Assembly: GCA_976226885.1 (NCBI GenBank)
Contig: OZ320314.1
Span: 61,256,001 to 61,320,000 of the forward strand
Reading direction: 5' to 3'
DNA: 64,000 bases
DNA from: Iphione sp. A-MEVVRFRX5
Taxonomy: Eukaryota
A program made the translations under genes and the position numbers. Position 1 is the stretch's first letter; each line of letters starts with the position of its first letter. Under the pieces are notes generated by a model. It worked only from the letters and a program-made list of their open reading frames with translations. It was not told the origin of the DNA and ran no database searches. Positions 1 through 14,258 of this stretch are shown one piece after another.

Positions 1-904
1 CAATTAAAGTGACTAATAACCTGTTGGAAAGGAACGGCCTGGGTGATATTTTATGCCGGTCGAATTAGTCCGGTGCAATTTTCTCTGTAAATAACACCCA
101 TGTATGGTCACAAACGAATATAACCTACATGTAGTTACTGTTTTATTTTATTGCTCAGAGTGGATTAGAAACTAGAATTATAGACTCTACATGTGGTTGT
201 GGTTTACATGTCTGTGTCGGTGTGTTCCTCTGTGAGTGACCGACGAGGCGGATAACAGCGTTATGTGCATCGGCCTTGTTGACTCTCTCCATATCTATGT
301 CAGCTGTACAACACTGGGCCACTGTATGAGTCAGCCATTCCGAAATAGACAGTTCTACACTCCGATATTGAGACACCGGAGTTGAAGGTTTAGAAAGACT
401 GGGACCAGACTTCTTGTCATCAAAAGTATTTTTCCAACAGCGCTTTTTTCCTTTTTTGTAATGTTTTTGTATCAGAATGGTTGATTCGTTCACCCTAAAT
501 AGTGATCTTCATGAAGCAATGTAAAACCTCAACAAGATAGATAGATTGGTAGGTACATAAATATAGACAGGGGAGAAGCAAACAGACAGACCAGACCAGA
601 TAGACAGACAGACAGACAGACAGACCCGATGGATGGGGAAGTGGGACGGGGGAAGGAGAAGCGGACTCGTACACAGCCAGGGAAAAAACAGACAGCGATG
701 AAAGTATGTTCCGATATTAACCATTTGTGGCAAATGTAGCAGCAACAGCGGCTTGGAACCAGGGCGATATGAACTAATATATTTATATATTTTTAATGAA
801 TCTTACTTTCATGACCTAGTTCGGGACTGGTTACTCGTTCACAGACCCGCATACACACGCACTTTACCAAGAAGACCGCTGTCATAGGCTGTGGGTGGAC
901 GTAC

Positions 905-1096
905 CTTTCTTGCGGGTGAGGTCGATACCGGCAGCACTGTACGTGCTGAGGCCGCGAGCGACTCCCGGAGTTGGGGAGCTGCTCGGGCTGACCATGAAGT
1001 GCGAGGGCGGCCCGTCGTCGCTGCCCGCCTCCGACACCGCATCGTCCGTCGTCGTCTCACTCTCGCCATGTCGCCCGGGGATCGGCACCGGTTTGC
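905..1096 (-). CDS. Next coding exon of the same gene (192 bp, phase 1-1)
   Basis: Acceptor cccatttctttaaag|GC and donor AAG|GTACGT. Reads (C)KPVPIPGRHGESETTTDDAVSEAGSDDG...DLTRK(G), in frame with the phase-1 end of the giant exon. The gene continues beyond the window's left edge. Confidence 0.8.
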
Positions 1097-3879
1097 CTTT
1101 AAAGAAATGGGAATAGTTTACAGATCTGAGCTCTCATAAAGAAAATCTATCAGTAACTCTTTAAAGTGTAAGTGTAATCCTAGGTTACGAGGCCTTGTTC
1201 TTGTTTTAATATGTAAGTCACTATATTGATATACAGTAAATAAGCATTTACATATGTAAATGTATACATATATATATATATATATATATAGATGTATGTG
1301 TGAGGAGTCCAGTAAATGCACACCATACATGTACAGTACTTGTGTTGGAGATCATGCATTGCCGTAATCAACATCCTTATACATGTACGTGGAAGAAATA
1401 TTCGGAGGGATATATACGCAGTGAACCTTGAAGGGGGAAGTATAGGCTTGAGAATAGTTTGCACGGACTGTTAATAATTCTGTCCTATAAATAAGAACTG
1501 AACTGCCTTAGAAAGTAATAACTTCCTAAAACAGGTCAGTGCTACTCGTGCTGCGAGGTACCATAGAGCAGTTATCCGAAGCAGACAATAGCTATTTAAT
1601 ATAACGTCCTTGTATGTTTCATCCTAATAACACGATTCATATGAATGGCATTCTGCAAACTAAGAACGAAACAACTTCACAGGGCTCGTAGGTCACATCA
1701 GCACATCCTATTTTCCGAAAGCAGGTTTAGGTAAACTTTGTCTTTCAGTGCATAGGCCAGGTTTCGATATATGCATTGGTGTATGGAGGCATTGTCTAAC
1801 CTTGCATAGCATTGCGTCAATGTGTTAAAGGTAAAAATGTATGTGAATATATGTTGGATGATATAGAATTTCCTTAAAACAAGTGAATTTGAAAATATCC
1901 TAAATGCCATGCATTTAATGGAAAAAAATTTTGCAAATACGAGTGAATTTGATTAAAAACATCCTAAATACTGCTAATTTGATGTAAATGTGCAGCAATG
2001 TGCAGACTTGTGTGGCAATATGCAGTATCATATTTTGTTTAGATATAGGTTGACCTCCTACAAAGGATATATGCTCTATCCTACAGGTACATTGGTGTCT
2101 GTTTTCATGAAATTATCAATGTCTAAAAACGAGCACCACAGAGTAAGGCACCATCATGCACATGCATGGTAATGCACGTCTGGAAACATGTCCATAAGTT
2201 ACTACCTGTTGGTAAAAAAAAAAACACATGGCAATACATATGCCTGTACATGCACATATGGACACCGGGCCTTAGACTCTTCACATACGTATAGTTAACC
2301 TTTGCAGTGCATTTTTCAAAATACCACATCAAACTTTTAGACTTTTACAGAATGCCTTACAACACTCCCGTATGCCGGTGAAATCCTGGTCTGATTAGGT
2401 ACCAAAGACACCGCACAGAGTGTAGGTACCCGCTATACAAATACATGGCAAGAGGATTTTGGCAACAATACTGAAAGAACCTTTCATGAGACCCTCTGAC
2501 CCATAAGGTGGCATGCTACAAGGATTAATCGACAAACCAGTATAGTAAGTTATACATAAATGTGAAGACTGTGACAAAATATTTACGAATACACTGTACT
2601 GTAAACTAATCCTGTTGTAGAATCTAGCCCCAGTATAACCCGCTACTTTAACTGCTTGTTGTACACGGAGAGGGTGGCAGTCTAAATGTACCGTACCGAA
2701 CAGCCAGCTTATTTTTGTAATGTCCAGTTTGCCAAAGCCCGTCCCTTGCGGAGGCAGGATCGTTCTCCTGTAGCCGATGTACGAACGACCGGCAGGAGAG
2801 GTCGCGCCAGCAAAATCTAGGTCAGGTTTGTTTTGGTCTCTAGTCAGAGCCTCACGCAGCCTGCGCATGCCTGTGACGTATACAACTTTCCGGCAAAATC
2901 TCTCCATTTACAGAATCTGATTTTTTTTTTTTTTTTTTGATATTTTATTTAACCTGGCGATTCGATGCCAGGGCATTTATCAATATACATATAAACGCAG
3001 TAGATGTAGTTGTTTGTACATTGAAATGCTCATGATAACCAGATTATATAAAAGACTAGAGGTATATGTACCCTGAATATGTATCCAGGAGTAGCACTAA
3101 GCAATTAAATATATATTGATTCGCTTCAGAGAATTAGTTCCTTGTTAGCTGGTCTTAGTTTTTAATGAGATGATGTCCTCTGTGTCATATTATTGCAAAA
3201 TGTTTACATTCCTAAATGATGCGGTCGGCGCCACTCCTCTTATCAGTAACACAATACACTAACTAGTGGTGAAAACAACCCTGACTGCTATTTTTTTTGC
3301 ACCGAGAAAATGGTAAATCATTTATCCGTATTTTAAAAAAATTACGGACAGATAAAAGAATACGTCAATATCAAAGCTGATAGTGTCTGATTTCCCCTTG
3401 TTGAGGGCTTATGTAGCACAACATTATGGGACTTATTAAAACCAAGCTTATTTCACACCACGGTGTTGATTTTGTGTGTTTTCCTCGACAATTACCGTCT
3501 CTGATTTCTGTTTAAGTAAATCATTCATTTTTTACTCTAGTAATTCTTGAGATATAATGTGAATTCCCTATGGAAACCTAAGCTTAGTGCTCCAATTTAC
3601 CCTCCCAGTTTCATCTTTAGCCCTGACTGCAGCTGTACCTAGGCAGAAAGTGGGACTTCCCCACTGTTCTTATCTACCATATCCATATCCGAGTCCTACT
3701 TCACCAGCTACAAAATAATACAATACAATACTAATTTGATGCTAATTTTTTCCTCATTCGATCATCAGAAGAATTGTTTTCAACACGCACGCACGCACTG
3801 ACACATACACCTGTACATAAACATGATAATTTTGTACTTCTTTGTTCAGCTGACAAAAGACTGGCGAGCTTGTACTTAC

Positions 3880-6800
3880 ATTGTGCCGACTGTGGAGTGC
3901 TCTTCGGCATCGGGTGTGTGGCCGCTCGACCTTGGGAGCCGAGCGGCGGTGCGCGCGGCTTCTTGGGCGATCCCCGGGGACTGTTGTAGGGCGAGTGGTA
4001 GAAGACCTCCTCCGAGAAGCTCACACTCTTCTTGTGGCGGTTGGCCTCAGCACAGTCTGAGCAAGAGTCGTCGGAGCTGTGAGACGTGAAGGACGCATTG
4101 GTGGCGCTGCCGCGGCTGCCACCACTATGGCAAGGGCAGGGCATCACCGGAATGGTGTCGGGTGAGTTGGCTACGGCGGCTGACGGCTTGCCGCCCCCAG
4201 CGCCGCCGCCGCTCATTCCCGCCTTGCCTGGAGCGCCGACGGTGGCGGCGGCGGGCCCATCGGGCGGCGAGGTGGCATCAAGCGGCAGGGCGGGGAGGTC
4301 TTGCTGGCTGAGCCGTTTCTTGACCTGTTCGCGGAGACTTTCCTGTAGGACCTCGGCCGGGAGCGAGGTGAAGCCGGCGGCGCCCGTGCTCAGTCCGTGG
4401 ACGCACTCTTGCTCGCAGGAGGAGGGCGCAATCAGCTGGTAACGCGTCTGGCCCTCCTGGCTGTACTTCATCACCGCCAGGTCGTGTGCGTCCGAGTAGG
4501 AGCGATGCTTGAAGAGATTCTTCCGCACCCGCCGCCGCTTCACCAGGCACGATTTCAGCGGCTTCTTGGGTAAACTGCCACCCTCATCACTGTCGCCGCA
4601 TCCCCCCGGCCCGCTGCCACCGCAGCCGCAGTCGTGGCGCGACTGACCGCGGTGTTGCGGCGAGGCGGCCAGCTGGACACTGATGAGGTGGTATGGCTTG
4701 TGAGTGGGCGACACCTGCAGGTACTCCACCTGCTTGACTGGTCGCGCCAACATCTTGTAAATAGGCTCGCTGTAGACAGGCACGGAGGAGATCATCTCGC
4801 CCTGCTGGCATTCTTCACACAGCATCCGCGGTGGTTTGGGAGGTGGCTTGCCTCCGCCGTGCTCGCCTGATGTTGTCTTCTTCAGGGGCGAGATGCTTCT
4901 TGGAGAGGTGCTCCTACGTGGAGGCTTGCTGGGTGATGCGGAGGCGGTCCTCCTAAGCTTGACAGTCTGCTCCTTGGGCGCCGACTGTTCGTGTGGGGCG
5001 GCGGTCGTGCCCCCTTTAGACCTGTACTCGGGGATAACTAAAGACATCGATTTGAGGCTGGTGGCGTTGTTGGTGTTGTCAGGGACGTCCGTGGCCGTAC
5101 TTGCGGTGCACTTCTCAACGTTCGACTGCCGTTCTAGCCTCTTTGTCATGACTTTACTTTGCTTGTTGGCCAGCTCGGCAAAACTGGTTATTTCTTTCAC
5201 TCTGCTGATGGCAGGATCCTGCATTTTGCTAGCACAGTTCTTGTCTCCCACCTTGGGCATGTTGAAGACATCGGGTCGGCTGGTGGAAGTCGACGACCCC
5301 GACGATTCGGACAGAGTCGACGAATCCGAGTTGCTCGGGCTGAAGAGGCCCAGGTCCGAGAAGTACTGCGCGTTGGTCTGCGGGCTATGGGACTGCGACG
5401 ACTCATAACACCCAGAATCAATGCCAGAAGAACTTGTGCTACAAACGCTAGTCGACGACGTCGAATCGGCGCGGCGGCGTGGGACGCTACTCGGGCGTCT
5501 GTCGTTCCCGATCGCCTTCGTTGCTGGCGCCGCCGCGGTCGTCGTGTCGCGACTGTTTGCGCGCCTCTCTTTGAAGAGCGCCTCGCGACCGATGGACATG
5601 TCAACGTGCCCGACGACGGTGTCGGCGCGCGCCATGCGCGGGTTATAGAGGGGCGTCGTCTTGCTGGCCTGTTCGAGGAGGCTGCTGATGCTCTGCGTCA
5701 TCCCCTTATTAAGGAAACTCAGGTCAGGTAGGGCCGAGTTGGAGAAGAGTAGGCTGCTTGTCAGTGATGGCTCGGTCTTCTTGAGTGGTTCGACCACCAG
5801 TGGAGGTGGGTTCTGGGTGGGCGTGGCCGCCTCCCTGGACGTCGTGTCCTGGCGTTTGCTGCTGGCAAGGTCTCTAAAGGTATGAAGCCTGGGCGACTCC
5901 TTGACCATGCTGGTCTGCTGGGGTGTCGACTGGTAGCGCGGGGCGCCTAGGTCACCTTTAGTGCTCTCGGTGCTGGAGCCGAGGGACGTCTGCAAGGACC
6001 GGCTGACTAATGCCTTGGTCGGAGCGCCGTCCTCGAAGGAGGTTTGTACCGAGCAGTCCCTGGCGTTGGGTGGGAACTGGCCGCAGAAGTCCCGGTTGTC
6101 CTTCCCGTACACTAAGCTTTGTGTCAGAATGAGGGAACCACACTGGGCGTCAGACTTGGGCCGCTCGTGGTAGCTGGTGTTGCAGGCGAAGCTGGTGAGT
6201 AGTTTGGTCTGGCAACCATCACTTCGCTGCAGTGCATTGCCGGAGGCGGCCGGTGGTCGGTCCGTCCTCTCGGGCGTGGAGGAATCGATGCTGTCGGCCG
6301 TCGACGTCCGCAGCGAGCTGTTCTTGCTGGTCAGGTCCTTCATGGTCATCCAGCTTGAAAGGCAGGGCACGCTGGGCGAGCGCTCCGACAGTGGCGGCGA
6401 CTGCTCCGATCCCACGGGTGACATGCTCCACGTGCCCGTCAGCATCTGCAGCGTCGTCGAGGACACCATGTTTTCCTCCATGCCCTCCTGCGAGCGTAGC
6501 CTCTGGAAGAGCTCAAAGAGCGACGTCGTCGATCGTCGGTCGCTGGCGCCTTGTTCGTTGCCACCCTCACTGCCCGCGTCCGTCCCCTCTTTCTCCGTCA
6601 CTACCTCGATATCCACCATCTTCTCCTCCGCGCCATCGCGGGGACTCGAGCCATCATCGCTCTCCGTCGCACTGCCAGAGCCAGTCCTCACGCGACTCCG
6701 CATATCCGGAAGACTCCGGCTGCGGCCGCTCTCGCGTTCGTCCTTATCGTCGGCACTGGGCCGCTCGCGTTGGCGAGTTTCGCGCAGACTGCGCCAAGTG

Positions 6801-7828
6801 GTGAGCTTCTCGTCCTTCCCGCGGCGTTGAGCCGGCGGCGAGCTGCTCCGATCCTCCTTAAGCTTGGACCAAGTGGTCAGCGCCTGTTCCGGCGGCCGTT
6901 GGCGCGGCGCATGGCGCGGCGAGCCTCTCGCCGGGGTGCTGCCGCCGCTGCTGAAGGCACCGCGACTAAGACTGTCGCGGGAGCCCCAGGCAGCCAGACC
7001 GGCGCTGTCACGGCTCTTCTGTGCCCAGCTGGTCAGGCTTGATGTCATCTGGGAGGACGGGATCGAGTCGTGGTACGAGGACGAATCATCGTCGGACGGG
7101 TGACGGTGTCCGCGATTGTCAAACGACAGGATATACTGGCCCTTGGTGGCCGACCAGTCGTACGTGTAGCGCGCTTCCTCCCCCATAGTGAAGCTCCCGG
7201 AGAGCGGGTCATCGCGGCCCAGGCTGTCCGTCGAGTACTGGTGCAACCCGCCGCAACTCTGCCCGCCTATTCTGGAAGAATCCTCTTCCCCCGCCGCCGC
7301 CGCCGCCGCGCAGCCCGCGCTGGTGGCCGGCGGTGGTGGCGAGAAGAGCGGCTCACTGCGCAGCTCGGTCAGCTCGGCCGAGCTGGCGCACTGGTCGCTC
7401 ATAGACTGGTCGCCGGACGTCTCCACGTCGGCAGGCAGATCGCCGCTGCTCGACATCTGATGGTAAAGGCATGTGTCTGATTTGGAGGCTACCAGGCGGC
7501 TGATGATGGGCTCCTGGTTGTCGTCGTAGACGCGCGACAGTGTCAGCAGCGTCGCCAGGTCCATCGAGTCGAGCATCTCAACGTCGACCACGTGCCGCGT
7601 CTCGTTCTCTCCCAGGTTGGCATCGAATGGCACTGAGAACTCATCGTCGTAGAAGAAGTCGTTGTTCAATGTGTCCTCTGGAGAGTAGAGGAGGCCACTC
7701 AGCGCGCCCGTCGACGGCAGGTGGTTGTCGGAGGCGCTTGATGAGCGACTCGGACAACGGATCGGCGACGCCGTCAATGACTTGGTGGGCGACATCTCGT
7801 TGCAGGTGGGCGACTGTTGCGGGCCAGT
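3880..7828 (-). CDS. Giant 3949-bp internal coding exon, Ser/Thr/Pro/Arg-rich disordered protein
   Basis: Lies within the 1416-aa ORF with GC-rich codons. Acceptor ctcttcatgcgtttcag|ACT is phase 0 and donor CAA T|GTAAGT is phase 1 (3949 = 3x1316+1). No folded domain recognised. Confidence 0.9.
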
Positions 7829-10747
7829 CTGAAACGCATGAAGAGTGACAAGTGAGAAAGCTGCTTCATTAACGGTCCCTGACTCCCATGTGAACGAACG
7901 TCCCCAGTCATTATAGGAATACCAGTACATTTTGCAACGTTGGTAAGTAAACCTAACTGTATGAGTCATACATATGTACATTTGTACTACTAAAAGTCAA
8001 AATCGCCCATGTATTCACTTCGTCTGCAGTAGAATAACTCCTCCTAAGCCAAAACACGCCACTAAGTTTGCATCTGTTCTTAAACTTCACACACTGAGCG
8101 ACGCGACGCTATTTGGCCACAGATTGCTGCCGGCTGAATGTAAACCTATACATTTACTAAGCGCCGATTTCTCTAGCTTCCTAAGTACATGAAGTTCTCG
8201 CACAAACTAAAAGTACATTATGTACTGAACAAAATATAAAAAAAAACCTATGTAAAAACCAGTTAGGACAAATTTAAAGCGTCTTAGGGGATCAAACGTT
8301 TGTAAAATACTGCTCAAAATAGCCACACTATCCGCCAATGTCCATCTGTAGGGCGATGCTGATGCTGGGTCGGCCTATACTAGTGGCGGTGGTTAGAGGT
8401 GCCGGCCAATATCACGCTTTGTGGGACGGCCATGCGCGGCACCCGGTCAGCACCAATGCGCAACCGCTAACGTATTGTTGGAGCACCATTCTATGCGGTG
8501 ACGTGGGCACTTTCCTTTGTCAGCGTCTTTATGTACATCTCTAAATGGCGATTTAAATAGTGGAATTCCCCCTTTGTGCAATAGAAACGTGTTCACGTTT
8601 TTAGTTCCGCACTTGCAAATCATGGCGGCTTCAGACTTATCTAATTAAGCAGCTGTTTTTCAAAGATTCTTTACACAATAGTCTAGATGTAGTTCTCATT
8701 TAGACATATTATTCGACGGAGTGTAAAGCCTATACCATTGGGATAATTACGGAGCGTTTAGTTAAAGGACGAGACTTGTCACAGAGCCTAGCCACTGAAT
8801 AATGCACACATGTTGGTAGTTCTTCATTCACTCTTACGTCATGCAATAACGACAATTCCATATAGGTGAGACGATTACCTCATCTGACTCGAAGTAACCT
8901 GGAACACCCTCATCAAATAATCACGTTTCTACCGGTAGACAGATACATGTCTGACGCTTGGCTTTCCAGAAGCGAATGATGTAGAGGTGCCTTTATTCAC
9001 AGCAAAACGGTTAAGCTCAAATCTCACCCTGGACATCAGATTATCAAAACACCAGATCGCTTCCCTCGTGGAGGCTGCTAATACTGCTAGTGTTAGAGGA
9101 GGTGAGAGTGCTCGATTTGACCTCAGTTCCTCTGACTCACTGCCAGTATGTACAAGTGCTAGGGAGGTGGTATTTCCTGAAATTCCTATACGGCATGACT
9201 CGTGACTAACCGCAACGACTGACAGAAAAACAGGACAGGAGTAACACTGATAATCCATAGGCTGGTATATTAAGGAACTTGGCAATTTGGAAAGACAAGT
9301 TTAAATATCAAAGGCCAACGATAAAGTACAAGTAGTATCATATACTCTAGGCCCAAAATTCAACGCCAGATCTTGAAGCCGTATTCTTCACCTTTGGAGT
9401 CTGACAAGTTCCCCTAATCCATTTGGCCGTTAAGTCATGTGCATCATTCCCCTTCCGCAATATTGGATCCTACTCGTTCAGAGCAGGTCACTAGCTTCCT
9501 GCCATGGCAAACACACGGCCATAAACATGCACACGCAGACAAGCACATGCGCACACATTACTTGGCCTATGTTTGCTCTCAGCTCCAGAGCGAGTCAGTG
9601 ACCAGCAGGGCGGGATGGATGAGGTCCTGTGTGGGTGAAGAGGCAAATGCGACAAAGGCCTGGGACCCCTTTCAGTACCTCTGACAATGTGAAAATCAAT
9701 ATTCTCAGGCTGGAGACAACACACAGACAGAGGCTAGACGCCATGATTATTTCATTTGCTCAGCGGGAAACATGAGAAACCTAAACCAAGTCCTAAGATA
9801 CTTCGTTTAATTGCAGTCACTGAACCGGAATCGTCTGTTTTACAACTTCAACAAGGAAATACATGTACATTGTATACCCAGCATCAAACGTACAAATGTT
9901 TTCTCGATATCAGCGCCAGTCGTGTAAACGGGACCTGGGCGCATTCTCAAAGACAACTGCTTCTAAACAATTATCCTTAATGTCTAATACTATGCTATAT
10001 GAGGGTTATACTCTTCAACTTACTGAATAAAATATACTCTTAATTTTAAGCGATTTATTTGTGCAATGCCACCGTCATTTTACGTCTTCACCTAATGCAT
10101 TTTAATGTACACTGCACCTTGATTTAACGCTGTTTAGAATCGTTCATATACACGCTGATAGATGGGGAGAAAGACAAACACATACAGATAGACAGACAGT
10201 TAGACAGACAGATAGCAGAAGGACAGATACAGATACAGACGGATTGTTGAATCAAGATTGTTAATTGAATAAAATGTTACTAGACTAAATGTAAACAAAA
10301 GTAAACCTGTACAATATGTATATCTCATTTTACTTCTCTCCATTTCCTTCTCCCTCCCTCCCGAACATCCTTTCCATCATTTCCTCTTTATTCTCTCTCC
10401 CTTACTTCCCTACTTGCTTTCTTCCGTTACTCCATCCTTCTCTTTAATGTGTCTTACTTCTTTGCCTCGTTTCAAAACCTTCATATTGACCACTTTCCTT
10501 GTCTTCTCTTCCTCCTTCTTTCTTCTTCTCCCCTCCATACTTAACCTCCCTCCCATTTGCCTCCACATTTAGATCTCTCCTCGGTACCTCTGATTTCCTT
10601 CTCTACTTATCCAGCCTCTTCCATTATTGCAAATTAAAATTCGTCCGTGATTATCACGCTCGCTCCCTTACGTCTGTTATAGTGAGTGGTAGACAGAAGA
10701 ACAGAACCTAGTAAGCAGAGTAGGGGGGGCAGGGGATGACTTTAAGT

Positions 10748-10891
10748 NNNNNNNNNNNNNNNNNNNNNNNNNNNNNNNNNNNNNNNNNNNNNNNNNNNNN
10801 NNNNNNNNNNNNNNNNNNNNNNNNNNNNNNNNNNNNNNNNNNNNNNNNNNNNNNNNNNNNNNNNNNNNNNNNNNNNNNNNNNNNNNNNNNN
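10748..10891. other. Assembly gap (others at 22422-22551, 33602-33750, 50608-50744)
   Basis: Runs of N. Confidence 1.
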
Positions 10892-13739
10892 AGGGAGTGC
10901 AGCGGAACAAGGGTGATAAAATGTCTCTATTTACACGTTAAAAAATCCACGTTAAAAAGTCCATAAGTAGTTACCGATTAACATTTATCAGGCTGTGGAC
11001 CTGGCTAATGTACCGTGGGTCCGAGGTGATAAGATGCGAAAAACATTCCTTAACGGATGTGATCGTCCTATTATATCTCTTTACATATGCATAATTGATT
11101 TCAGTTTGCGCAAAAGGGACAGGACCTAACATTCATTGACATATAATAGGCACATTTACAATAGTACTGGGTAAATTTATGATACATGTAATTAAGGTAT
11201 ACTTTCAGCCACAAAGTTACCAAAGGATAAAACAGAATGATTTTTATATACATATAGTTCTCCTCCTGGGAACACATACATGCATATTAAGTCACGTGTA
11301 AAATTGGCATGAATAAATGACTAATTCCCCCAACTGATGTACCAGCGGTATTCTCCGGAGCTACTGAAAACTACGGGAAGGAATTATGTTATAACACTAA
11401 AATACATGTAATGATTACAGAATCCTGATGTCCCCTAGACCTAGCCATACCAAAGATGATTTATATTTTCACATTTAACCCTTATTTTCACTCAAATAAG
11501 GCCATCCCAGAGAATACATTTTGGTACATCTATTGAAGGAATCAGTCAAATACATCGAAACATCGACGAGGCACGACTACCAGTATACGGGTGCTTTTAT
11601 ACATGTATCTTAAAACCTGTGATCATTAACCCACTCAGAGTAAACAATGATACACCCTATATGACTTCACCACCAGCCGCCTGGTCCCAGCCCTCACCAT
11701 GCGCCAAGACTTGATCGAAGAATTGACCATTTCTTTGTGGCTTTTGCGCAGTCTTACTGTGTTTTGGCCGGTAGGGAATGGTGCCAGTCATAGCTTGGTC
11801 AGATGCCCGCGAATGATCTGCTTACTCCGGCGAGACCAAAGACACGAGGTAGTCACGTCATCGCTCAATGTTTAGCGGCAAAATATACCTTATCAGCTTT
11901 AAAATACCCCTTGGACAACAACGCCCCTCTAGACGCAACAGAGGCAAGCACGCATTGCAGTAAAAGACAATAATGGCTAGAAATCTATGTAAAAAGTGCT
12001 AATGATGTTAAGGCGGAACATGTAGTCGGACGTATGTCCAATATTTTGATCTATAGAAACTACGTTCAATACGCTATAGATACCTGGTACATTATATATG
12101 TTTATATTTGTGTGTATAAACAAGGATACATTTATATCTTCATATCCTCAAGGCAAAATAGGCACTGAACTACAGGAAAATGCTTTACTGCTGGTCGCAT
12201 CTTGTTCGAAATTAAAGGATTTACAAATTACACATGCATAAACGTCCCTTAGTTTCTAGTACATGTATATAGTCCTATCAAGTAATTCATGTTACTTCTG
12301 TATTCATTACAAATGACATGACCTTCAGGAGTGTTCAGTTGAAGGCTACACACTTAAGTCACACCGGCAGCAGAAGACCCAAGAGAAAATGCCCTACCCC
12401 CACAACACTCAATACCCCTTGTCGTGAGGGGATCGCAGTGGGGGTAGATGTAGGAGGGGGTGCTGCTTGTGAGTGCGCGAGAAAAATATAGTTGGCTGCT
12501 CAACGGCAGAGGGCGCACTCCAACGATAGCAGCGTTCGGGATCCGCGTTTGTGAATAAAACATGGCGTGCGTCCACAAGACCGATGGTGGGGCCTTTGGC
12601 TGGACGGCTGATGGCTCACATCCTGGTGTATGAGTGCTGCCCCCTGAAATAATGACTGGTGGCGGCCTAGGTGAGCGAGCGGCCTCATGCCCACGGTCGG
12701 CAGTTATAACCCGCGACCTCTGAACCCGGGCAGTCTGCCTAGTATCAACCAGATCGGCTTATTTTAGTTGAGGAGATAAACTGTCTCCAAGAAGTACCAT
12801 TCAGGTGAACAGACCGATCGGAACATCTTTTTATGTGGGTATTATTACATTAGACGCATCCAGTTACTTAGCAATGTACATGTGTTGGTGTCGGTTGTGC
12901 TTTCTACATTGTTTTTGCGCGTCCTGTACAATTCTGAGTCGCGTATATTAAAACCTGCGGAATGAGGATGATATATAACCGAAGAATGAGAGAACACGTA
13001 ATTTCATCCAACCTCTTCTAATGCCGCCTTCAGATAAATTCTGCACTGGAATAGCCGAGCTTACCACAATAACAACTTTACAGTCGCATATTTATGGGTA
13101 ATAATATCGTGTGGCACAAGACTCACCAGTTACAGTACAATAGCCTTCCCCTCTTATAGTATGAAGTACGTTTCACAGGACATGTAATGTGGGCATAATA
13201 TGATCGCAGCAAGGCATTATGATCACAGTACACAGAACCTTGACAATATCAACTAGCCAGCTAATATTCGTCTAAGCTGTGCACTTATTAACCGGCACCG
13301 AGGGGAATGAGGTTATGATTGCCAATGTTATCATCAGCCGCTGCGTCATGCGTTCCGTTTCATATCCTGCCTGTGGGACAGGATCCAGTGAACGGTTTTC
13401 GGTATAATCACCATCCTTGTCATGTAAACCACCGTCATCATAACAAAATCAGTGTTGGCTCCTTTGAGTTGAACTTATTTCGAAAATTATGGCCAATGCG
13501 ACATGGACAGAGCGGGTTGGGAAAATAGGTCATATAAAAGATGCGGGGGACATGCGATATAATGAGTCTGTTTTCAAAGGGCCCTCAGACGGTTATTATT
13601 ACGCCACATCTCACGATGCTAGCATTCCTAGGAGCCAATAGTGAACGCTACCTACCCCAACCCCGCCACACCCACCCGCCCACCCATACGTCGACCACCC
13701 TCTCGTTCCCAACCCGAATGCAATGAAGGCATGGCTTAC

Positions 13740-14129
13740 CGCTCTGCTTACGCTGTCCACGTCCGCAGCTTCTCCGCCCCCGCTACCGCCCCCGTCTGCC
13801 ACGCCGACCACCCCTCCAGGTCTGGGTTTCCTCTTCCTGCGGGCGACGACCACGTTCTGTTTAGTTGGATACATTGCCTTGGTGCGGTCTGACCCGGCAT
13901 GTGGTCGCCGGACGGTGGAGGGTCGGCCGGCCTTGTTCGGCCGTTCAGTGGATCCCGAACTCGTGTTGCCGTTATTTTCCACCATAACTGCCTTCTCCTT
14001 GCTCTCTTCTTCCTCGTCGGCGCCTCTGTCGTTCAGTGGAGGCTGCCGCTGCTGCTGCTGCTGGCGCAGCTGGCGGTGGTGGTGCTTCGCACTACGAGGA
14101 GGGGGAGAAGGAAGAGAAGGGCTAGCCGC

Positions 14130-14173
<44 letters not shown>

Positions 14174-14258
14174 CATGGCGGGCTTGGAGGACACGGCGCG
14201 GGATCCGACTGGGTGGGCCAGTTGCCGCCGTCCGACGGTCATTCTGGTACCCTACCAT
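13740..14258 (-). CDS. First coding exon of a large disordered-protein gene (polyQ N-terminus)
   Basis: ATG in Kozak context GCCATGG at 14258-14256. Open frame MVGYQNDRR...polyQ...DSVSRA is 519 nt (173 codons). Donor GCG|GTAAGC at 13739 is phase 0 and matches the next exon's acceptor. Confidence 0.75.

Noticed and set aside
126-133. Recurrent TACATGTA palindrome (e.g. 126, 1326, 9860, 17556)
   Set aside because: Dispersed background motif throughout the window, not a locus-specific signal.
155-493. 112-aa minus ORF as next exon of the large gene
   Set aside because: The nearest acceptor gives phase 2, not the required phase 1. Faint BEN-like tail (VELSISEWL) is too weak to call.
2395-2907. 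170-aa minus ORF flanked by TACAGAAT direct repeats
   Set aside because: No recognisable motif, no convincing splice sites or TIRs, and the 8-bp repeat could be chance.
3774-7848. Many antisense and alternate-frame ORFs over the giant exon, and similar ones over 13600-14600, 27000-27660 and the DIRS
   Set aside because: Expected shadows of GC-rich coding sequence.
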